The position numbers and the translations under genes were made by a program. A stretch of 25,948 bases of DNA from Prevotella sp. (GTDB taxonomy: Bacteria; Bacteroidota; Bacteroidia; Bacteroidales; Dysgonomonadaceae), in contig JAITVV010000094.1 of assembly GCA_031285625.1 (NCBI GenBank), positions 1-25,948 of the forward strand. The letters run 5' to 3'. The number at the start of each line of letters is the position of its first letter. Position 1 is the first letter of the stretch. The notes below the pieces were generated by a model. It made no database searches, was not told the origin of the DNA, and saw only the letters and a list, made by a program, of their open reading frames with translations. Shown in pieces: positions 8,753 to 16,080 of the stretch.

Positions 8753-9292
8753 ATGAAAAACATATATATTGACTGTTATAAGCAGATTTATCTTCAGTAT
8801 GCACCCATGCTACTACGTTTTGCAGAAAAGTTTGTCTCATCCTTCTTTGCCGAAGATATAGTGCATGATGTGTTTTTGAAACTGTGGGATAAACAAATAT
8901 TTCTTCTCCCCGATAATGAGATAAAAAATATACTTTATGCTGCTGTCAGAAATGCTTGTATTGATCATATACGCCGGATAAAGCTGGAACAGAAACTCTC
9001 AGACCAGAGAACACTTCAACTAAAATTGGATGAACTTGATTTCCTTGAAACATCAGAGAATCTTTTTATGCGAAAAGATATGATGGAATACATAATGAAG
9101 GTAGTCAATGAGCTTCCGGAAAAGAAACGTGAGATATTTCGCCTTTCTTATATTGAGGGACTAAAAGCCGCAGAAATAGCGGAGCAGTTGAACTTATCAG
9201 TGCGGACTGTGGAGAATCAGCTTTACCGTACATTACTAATTCTTCGAAAAAAACTATCCTTCTCATTTATATATTTATTCCTATACTTTTAG
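8753..9292 (+). CDS. RNA polymerase ECF sigma-70 factor (Bacteroides expansion type)
   Basis: Region 2 'AEDIVHDVFLKLW..AVRNACID' and region 4 'LPEKKREIFRLS..EIAEQLNLSVRTVENQ'. Confidence 0.95.
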   Translation: MKNIYIDCYKQIYLQYAPMLLRFAEKFVSSFFAEDIVHDVFLKLWDKQIFLLPDNEIKNILYAAVRNACIDHIRRIKLEQKLSDQRTLQLKLDELDFLETSENLFMRKDMMEYIMKVVNELPEKKREIFRLSYIEGLKAAEIAEQLNLSVRTVENQLYRTLLILRKKLSFSFIYLFLYF

Positions 9293-9364
9293 TTCTTTCT
9301 TCCCATATATAACTATTTTATTTTCAAATAAATGAAAAATAAAATAAAAAAATAATGTTTTTCT

Positions 9365-9390
9365 GTGAGTATTTTTCTTATCTCATCCGT
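9365..9390 (+). promoter_or_regulatory. Candidate ECF-sigma-dependent promoter for fecR-susC
   Basis: GTGAGT followed by a pyrimidine-rich spacer and CCGT, about 35 nt upstream of fecR; position and CGT -10 fit ECF promoters (inference). Confidence 0.4.
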
Positions 9391-9426
9391 TTCAAGGATA
9401 TAAGAAACAAATTACTATAGAAAAAC

Positions 9427-10410
9427 ATGGATCGCACACCATCAGAATTGATAATTGGATATTTCAAGAAGTCTCTGGACCAAGAGGGAATGGATGAATT
9501 TTACAAATGGGTAAATGAAAATCCGGATAATAAGAAACTTTTCTTCGAAGCAAAAACTATTTTCGATTCTATTTCTAACAATTCTGTTTTGGATATAAAT
9601 GATAGCTGGCAGCGCTTGTTAGATAAGAAAAACTCAGATAGGCAAACTAAACACACTCCCTTCTGGAAGCATATGAGCAAGTATGCTGCTGTTGCTTCTA
9701 TAGCTATAATACTAACCTCTGCATTTTTCTTCTTTTTCGTTAATAATGAGTTCACACCTCCAAGTGCAGAATATATAAGCGGAGATGGTATTCAGTCTGA
9801 TATGATTATCCTACCCGATGGAACAAAAGTAAATATCGGTGCGAAAACAAACTTCCGTTTTGACCCTGATTATGGAAAAAAAGACCGTATAGTATATCTT
9901 GAAGGAGAAGCTTACTTCGATGTAGCTAAACATAAGGATAAACCTTTTATAGTAAAAGTAAACGGGCAGGATATAGAGGCATTAGGCACAAAATTCAATG
10001 TGATGGCATATGCTTCCGACTCTATTTATACAACGACATTACTTGAAGGATCTGTGTCACTTTCTACTCAGAATATTGCGAAAAAAACTATCTTAAAGCC
10101 AGACCAGCAATTTACATATAATAAAAATAATAGATCTATAGCTGTAAGCGAAGTAGATGCCTCTTTATATACGGCATGGATAAATGGTTATTATTATTTC
10201 TCTGACCAAGATTTAAAACTGATCCTAAGTAAATTAACTGACATTTATGGCATCACATTTGAAGTATCATCTGAAACATTAATAAATAAGAAGTTTACAG
10301 GGACATTTTATAGAGGGCAGAGTGTAAATAATATCCTGGAAATAATAAATCTGTCGATACCTATAAAATATAAGATGAAAGAAGACCATGTAATTATACA
10401 AGAAAACTAA
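9427..10410 (+). CDS. FecR family anti-sigma factor
   Basis: Single TM ('YAAVASIAIIL'), LPDGTKV, LEGEAYFDV, LGTKFNV and TLLEGSV motifs. Confidence 0.95.
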   Translation: MDRTPSELIIGYFKKSLDQEGMDEFYKWVNENPDNKKLFFEAKTIFDSISNNSVLDINDSWQRLLDKKNSDRQTKHTPFWKHMSKYAAVASIAIILTSAFFFFFVNNEFTPPSAEYISGDGIQSDMIILPDGTKVNIGAKTNFRFDPDYGKKDRIVYLEGEAYFDVAKHKDKPFIVKVNGQDIEALGTKFNVMAYASDSIYTTTLLEGSVSLSTQNIAKKTILKPDQQFTYNKNNRSIAVSEVDASLYTAWINGYYYFSDQDLKLILSKLTDIYGITFEVSSETLINKKFTGTFYRGQSVNNILEIINLSIPIKYKMKEDHVIIQEN

Positions 10411-10461
10411 TTAATCGAATCTAATACTAACGCCCAGACATCATGAATAGCAGTTAATACC

Positions 10462-10557
10462 TAAAAAAGAAGAGAAGATTTTTGCCGAATCTTCCCTTCT
10501 CCGTTGTACGTTTCAATTAAACTTCCATTTGCCGTGGAATAGTGTTTAATCTTAAAA
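10462..10557 (-). ncRNA. Predicted cis-antisense sRNA in the susC leader (donS-like)
   Basis: Minus-strand -7 TATATTTG at 10569-10562; internal hairpin 10516-10550; terminator AGAAGGGAAGATT-CGGCAAA-AATCTTCTCTTCT followed by a U-run at about 10467-10463. Ends approximate. Confidence 0.6.
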
Positions 10558-10561
10558 CATT

Positions 10562-10569
10562 CAAATATA
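10562..10569 (-). promoter_or_regulatory. Antisense -7 promoter overlapping the susC start codon
   Basis: CAAATATA on the plus strand is TATATTTG (TAnnTTTG) on the minus strand; its last base is the A of ATG 10569. Confidence 0.6.
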
Positions 10570-13500
10570 TGAATAAAGAATCTATTGTGATTTTAGTTGA
10601 CCTGAAAAAAACTATAAAAATCATGAAAATCATCATTGTCATGCTTATTGGGTTTCTGCCTTCCGCTATGGCAAGCTCTTATGCACAGAACACAAAGCTC
10701 TCTGTTTCGGTACAAAATGAATCGCTGGAAAATGTTTTTAGAGAAATAGAGAAACAATCGGAATTTTTGTTTTTCTATCAATCTGATGAAATAAATAAAA
10801 AGGAGAAGATAACGATCAATAAGAAGAATAGTACAATATTTGAACTACTCGATGAAATATCCGATAAGCTCAATATTGACTATGTAGTCAAAGATCGCCA
10901 TATTGTCTTAACCCTTCATAGAAAGAAGAATTCGAATAATGACACTTCTTATACTAACCAGCCGGAGCAGGTTCCTGATAAGAAAAAAATATCGGGAACA
11001 ATACTGGACGAATCCGGTGAGCCTATAATCGGTGCCAGTATTGTATTACAAGGAACAACAAACGGGGTAATAACAGATATTAACGGAAACTTTACCCTGG
11101 AAGTGCCGGAGAAGGGAATCCTGAAAATATCTTATATCGGCTATATTACTCAGGAGATACCTATTGACAACAAAATGTTCATTCAGGTGACTTTGAAGGA
11201 GAATGAAAAATTACTGGATGAAGTGGTTGTAGTAGCATATGGTATACAGAAAAAAGCTACTATGACAGGTGCTATTGGTAATGTCAAGGGAGAGGAATTA
11301 AACAAATCGACTGCCGCTAATATCTCCAATACAATGGCAGGACGTATATCTGGGGTGAGTATGCGACCAGGTAGCGGTAAACCGGGAGAAGATAATCCGA
11401 CTATATACATACGTGGTATCAGCACTACCGGAAGTCAGGGCCCGCTTATTGTTATTGATGGAGTAATCCGCGATAATATGAACCAGATTAATATGAGTGA
11501 TATTGAATCGGTAAGTGTGCTTAAAGATGCTACAGCAATAGCTCCATATGGGCTTGGTGGTGCAAATGGTGTAATACTGATCACTACCAAAAGCGGAAAA
11601 GAAGGAAAAGCCAGCCTTAGCCTGAATGCATATTACGGATGGCAAACACCTACCAACCGTCCTAAAATGCTAAATGCAGTGGATTACATGACTCTTCGGA
11701 ATGAGGCCTATATGAATGATAATAAGGGTGTAATACCGGACGGTGGGGCACTGCCTTTTGCAAAAGATCTTATAAGTAATTATAATAAGCTTCATGCTGA
11801 GGACCCTGACAGATACCCTGATAGCAATTTTTATGATGAGATGGTAAATCTACATACTCCGGTTCAGAGCTACAACCTGCAACTGGAAGGCGGAAATGCC
11901 CAGGCCCGTTATTATCTCGGATTGGGGTACTTTGATCAACAAGGTATGTATGATGATATCTATTACAAACGTTATAGCATCAGTGGAAAATTTGATATAC
12001 AGGCACTCCAGTATACAAAGGTTGCTTTATCATTCAGCGGGGCAGTCGAAAAAAGAAATGCAGGTCCTTCTCCTACAGCTATCAGCTATATGCCTATCCG
12101 TAGTCTTTATTATAGCAATGGGCTATGGGGCGAGTCAGGAGGTAGTAGCCCTATTGGTGAACTTAAAAGTGGCTCGTACAACAGAATAAATAATAATACA
12201 TTATTACTATCCCTATCTGTCGAGCAACAATTGCCTTTTGTCAAAGGATTGAGTGTAAAGGGATTATTTAGTTATGACCCGAATTACGAATATCAGAAAC
12301 AATGGAGTAAACCCAACTATTATTACCTGTTGGATACCAGTACCACTCCATATACATATACCCGTACTGCAAGTGGAGAACCAATTACATCTCTGAATCA
12401 ACAGGATAATAAGTATGAGAAAATGTCAGGACAATTCCACTTAAATTATGCAGGCACATTCGGTAAACATGATATTACTGCATTGGCTGTTTTCGAAGCA
12501 CGGGATACCAAATACAGCTGGATAAAAGCTTACAGGAAAGGATACCAGGTAGATATCGATGAAATAGATATGGGTAGTTCCGACAAGATGGATTTTGATA
12601 ACGGAGGATCTTCTTCACGTACAAAACAGGCCGGTCTGGTGTATCGTATGACATATGCTTTTGATAGTAAATATATGTTCGAAGCCTCAGGACGTTACGA
12701 TGGACATTCATATTTTGCTCCGGGTAAACGATGGGCATTCTTCCCCGCTTTTTCTGCTGGATGGAGAATCTCGGAAGAATCATTCCTTAAAGATAAAGTA
12801 GAATGGCTTCAGAATCTGAAATTGAGAGCTTCATGGGGAGAATCCGGCAATCTGGCTGCAGGTGCCTTCGAATATCTTTCAGCTTATGAGTTGTTTGGCA
12901 ATTCATACATGTTCGGAAGCACAATAGTGCAAGGATCCAGAATGGGTAAAGAGGCTAATCCAAACATTACATGGGAAAAGTCGAAAAGTTCAAATATCGG
13001 TTTCGATGCTTCTTTCTTCAAAGGCATGTTAACCCTCGAAGCTGATTATTTTCATCAGAAAAGATCTGGCATGTTACTTTCTCCTAATATAAATGTCCCT
13101 GTAGAATATGGCTTAAGTCTGGCACAGGAAAATGCGGGAGAAATGACAAACCGTGGTTTCGAATTTCAAATAGGAGGTAATTATTCATTACCAAACGGGC
13201 TCAATTTGCATCTGGACGGAAACTTCAGTTTCAGTAAAAATAAAATGGATAAGATATATGAATCTCTGGACACATATAATAGTTTAAACAGGCGTAGGAC
13301 AGGCCGTGCATGGGAAACCCCATTCGGATATAAAGCAGACGGATTGTTCTCAACCGCTGACGATAAGAATGGTGATGGAATTATTAATAGTGCCGATGGA
13401 TATAATGTAGATCAGTTTGGAGCCGAGTTACATCCAGGTGATGTGAAGTATGTTGATATCAGCGGACCTGATGGAGTACCTGACGGTAAGATAGACGCTT

Positions 13501-14045
13501 GGGACGAAACAGTAGTAGGCTATCCGTATTATCCGCGTATTACATACGGCTTTACGCTTGCTGCCGACTGGAAAGGATTTGATGTTAGTTTATTCTTCCA
13601 GGGAGCTGCTCAGGCTAGTCTTAATATACAGGGGTATCAGACTTTACCATTCCGTTTGAACAATACAAATGTGTCTTATGAGTATTTTAACGATTATTGG
13701 ACACCGGACAGACAGGATGCTACATATCCGCGTATTACACAGGCTCCATATAAGAACAATACAACCAACTCTCAGTATGACAATGGATTTGGGCCATATT
13801 CAAGTTCTTTCTGGATGCGCAATACAAACTATCTTCGGTTAAAGAATATTGTAGTGGGTTACACCCTGCCTCAGAACTTGACACGAAAAGTGGGTATAAA
13901 CAATTTGCGTGTATATGTTTCCGGAACTAACCTGTTTACATTTAGCAATCTGGATTTCATTGATCCGGAGGTCAATTACAGTTCCAGGGAAGAGGCGTAT
14001 CCTCTGCAAAAAACATATACAGTAGGTCTGAATGTAACATTTTAA
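10569..14045 (+). CDS. SusC/RagA TonB-dependent transporter with N-terminal signalling (STN) extension
   Basis: STN-like 'SLENVFREIEKQSEFLFFY', 'GEPIIGASI..GVITDINGNF', plug 'VLKDA..YG...ANGVILITTK', terminal 'GLNVTF'. Start uncertain (10569 or the later in-frame ATG of MKIIIV). Confidence 0.95.
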   Translation: MNKESIVILVDLKKTIKIMKIIIVMLIGFLPSAMASSYAQNTKLSVSVQNESLENVFREIEKQSEFLFFYQSDEINKKEKITINKKNSTIFELLDEISDKLNIDYVVKDRHIVLTLHRKKNSNNDTSYTNQPEQVPDKKKISGTILDESGEPIIGASIVLQGTTNGVITDINGNFTLEVPEKGILKISYIGYITQEIPIDNKMFIQVTLKENEKLLDEVVVVAYGIQKKATMTGAIGNVKGEELNKSTAANISNTMAGRISGVSMRPGSGKPGEDNPTIYIRGISTTGSQGPLIVIDGVIRDNMNQINMSDIESVSVLKDATAIAPYGLGGANGVILITTKSGKEGKASLSLNAYYGWQTPTNRPKMLNAVDYMTLRNEAYMNDNKGVIPDGGALPFAKDLISNYNKLHAEDPDRYPDSNFYDEMVNLHTPVQSYNLQLEGGNAQARYYLGLGYFDQQGMYDDIYYKRYSISGKFDIQALQYTKVALSFSGAVEKRNAGPSPTAISYMPIRSLYYSNGLWGESGGSSPIGELKSGSYNRINNNTLLLSLSVEQQLPFVKGLSVKGLFSYDPNYEYQKQWSKPNYYYLLDTSTTPYTYTRTASGEPITSLNQQDNKYEKMSGQFHLNYAGTFGKHDITALAVFEARDTKYSWIKAYRKGYQVDIDEIDMGSSDKMDFDNGGSSSRTKQAGLVYRMTYAFDSKYMFEASGRYDGHSYFAPGKRWAFFPAFSAGWRISEESFLKDKVEWLQNLKLRASWGESGNLAAGAFEYLSAYELFGNSYMFGSTIVQGSRMGKEANPNITWEKSKSSNIGFDASFFKGMLTLEADYFHQKRSGMLLSPNINVPVEYGLSLAQENAGEMTNRGFEFQIGGNYSLPNGLNLHLDGNFSFSKNKMDKIYESLDTYNSLNRRRTGRAWETPFGYKADGLFSTADDKNGDGIINSADGYNVDQFGAELHPGDVKYVDISGPDGVPDGKIDAWDETVVGYPYYPRITYGFTLAADWKGFDVSLFFQGAAQASLNIQGYQTLPFRLNNTNVSYEYFNDYWTPDRQDATYPRITQAPYKNNTTNSQYDNGFGPYSSSFWMRNTNYLRLKNIVVGYTLPQNLTRKVGINNLRVYVSGTNLFTFSNLDFIDPEVNYSSREEAYPLQKTYTVGLNVTF

Positions 14046-14059
14046 ATAAAACAGATATT

Positions 14060-15862
14060 ATGAAAAATAAAATATATTTTCTTGCAATACTTATGTCTGT
14101 TGTTCTGTATTCCTGCAACGACTATCTGGATACCGAGTCCAGAAATACGCTGACAGAACCTACACAATGGGCAAGCGAAACCAATGCAGATGTATACCTG
14201 AATGGTATATATAGCACACTAAATAAGCCTAATACGCCTGATCCACTGGATAGTTTTACCGATGATAATAATGGAGGACCATACTGGAAATCATGGCAAT
14301 GGAAACAAGGTATAGCTACCCCGGAGGTGAATGGCGGCTATCCGATGATACAGGATGGAACAGCAAATGACTTTATGAGCTGGAACGTTGTTTATCAGCG
14401 GATTCGTAAATGCAATGAGTTCCTTCAACAGGTTGAGGCTTACAAGGCTAACTATTCGGAAGAATGGTTCAATAAACGGGTAGATGAAGTCCGTTATCTC
14501 AGAGCATTTTTCTATGCCGGGCTATGGCAACATGTAGGTGGTGTAATCCTTTTGACCGAACCACTCGACCGGAATACAATGACAGAGGAACAACTTTATC
14601 GCGCAAGGGATACTTTTGAAGCTACATACGATTTCCTTACAAAAGAGCTTGGTGAAATTGTAGATAATGGTTATCTCAGTGTAAAATACAGTCATGGCGA
14701 TGCTAATGCCGGAAGGGCTACATTAGCCGCTGCACTGGCACTAAAAGGATGGATTGAATTATATGCAGCAAGTCCGGGTTTCAATGCTGCAATCCCTGTG
14801 GCAGCAGAAGGTACAGGCGCAACACCTGAGCAGGTGAAGCTTGTAGGCTTTGGCAATTATGATAAAAAACGTTGGGAAACAGCAGCAGCTACCAATAAAA
14901 GATTCCTAACCCTGTACAAGGGTACTTATCAACTATTTGGTGATATGTCGAAGTTCTGGAGCGAAGATACAGAGTATAATTCTGAAGTAATCTGGGATCG
15001 TCCGCTAGAGAGGAATATTAGCGGTTTAACCAGTGATTTTGCACAGAAGGGTGGTCCTACTTATATATTAGGGAAATACTATACATGGGGAAACTTCTGC
15101 CCTACACAGGAGCTTGTAGATCAATTCTGTATGGACAACGGCTTATCTATCGATCACCCTAATTCGGGATATGACCCTGAAAATCCATATAAGAACAGAG
15201 AGCAAAGATTTTATGATTTTATAGTCTATGACGGAGCTCCATACAAGATGAATTGGATGGAGAAGGAAGATATTATCTATACGAGAATAGATAAAGTGAA
15301 CCCTTCTATGAATGAAATTGAATTGGGGCAATCGGATGTTACACGTACAGGTTATTACTTCAAGAAAAGAATGGATCCGGACAATGCGCCTTCTGATGGT
15401 TATGGTATCAACTACGTATTTTTCCGCTATGCAGAAGTATTACTGAATTATGCAGAAGCGCAGAATGAAGCGTACGGACCGGCTGAAGTCTATGATGCTG
15501 TAAATGAATTGCGTACTGCCCGAGGTTTACCTACTTTAGAGGTATCATATGGAGGCAAAAACCTGACTCAGGATCAGATGCGTGAAGTAATTCAGCGGGA
15601 AAGGCGTGTCGAACTATGTTTCGAGAACAAACGTTTTTATGACTTGGTTCGCTGGAGAACTGCCTTTGATGTTCTGAACAAGGAGCTTCATGGAATGAAG
15701 ATATACAATACAAGTCCTGATGATAATTCGGGTAAGTGGGTATACGAACGGTTACCTCTTTCGAGCCATCCGCATATATTTACTCAAAAAATGTATTTAT
15801 GTCCTATTCCATATTCTGTAATAACTGCTAATAGTAAGATTATACAGAATCCGGGATATTAA
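14060..15862 (+). CDS. SusD/RagB surface lipoprotein
   Basis: Lipobox LYSC; 'EVRYLRAFFY', 'FRYAEVLLNYAEA', 'ERRVELCFENKRFYDLVRW' and terminal QNPGY. Confidence 0.96.
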   Translation: MKNKIYFLAILMSVVLYSCNDYLDTESRNTLTEPTQWASETNADVYLNGIYSTLNKPNTPDPLDSFTDDNNGGPYWKSWQWKQGIATPEVNGGYPMIQDGTANDFMSWNVVYQRIRKCNEFLQQVEAYKANYSEEWFNKRVDEVRYLRAFFYAGLWQHVGGVILLTEPLDRNTMTEEQLYRARDTFEATYDFLTKELGEIVDNGYLSVKYSHGDANAGRATLAAALALKGWIELYAASPGFNAAIPVAAEGTGATPEQVKLVGFGNYDKKRWETAAATNKRFLTLYKGTYQLFGDMSKFWSEDTEYNSEVIWDRPLERNISGLTSDFAQKGGPTYILGKYYTWGNFCPTQELVDQFCMDNGLSIDHPNSGYDPENPYKNREQRFYDFIVYDGAPYKMNWMEKEDIIYTRIDKVNPSMNEIELGQSDVTRTGYYFKKRMDPDNAPSDGYGINYVFFRYAEVLLNYAEAQNEAYGPAEVYDAVNELRTARGLPTLEVSYGGKNLTQDQMREVIQRERRVELCFENKRFYDLVRWRTAFDVLNKELHGMKIYNTSPDDNSGKWVYERLPLSSHPHIFTQKMYLCPIPYSVITANSKIIQNPGY

Positions 15863-15872
15863 AGATATTTCC

Positions 15873-15903
15873 ATCTCCGGTGAGTAGTTTGCTTGCCGGA
15901 GAT
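15873..15903 (+). terminator. Strong hairpin after susD (partial terminator or mRNA stabiliser)
   Basis: ATCTCCGGTGAGT-AGTTT-GCTTGCCGGAGAT, 13-bp stem with G-U pairs, followed by only a short U-tract (AGTTT). Confidence 0.6.
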
Positions 15904-16080
15904 AGTTTAAACTCTTGTAATGCAGAAATTCTCATTTTTGCAAGTCACTCTTTTAGTTATTAACACATTGTCCTATTCTGGATTTTTTGATATCTTAGTA
16001 AGATAATAAATGCCTGATATCCAGAAAGGGAATTCATCTATGTTTCTTGGTCTTTCGTCCCTGAAACTAAATATATAAAA

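Noticed and set aside
10443-10457. Tiny uORF ATG AAT AGC AGT TAA (MNSS) before the leader hairpins
   Set aside because: Too short to distinguish from chance without conservation or ribosome profiling.
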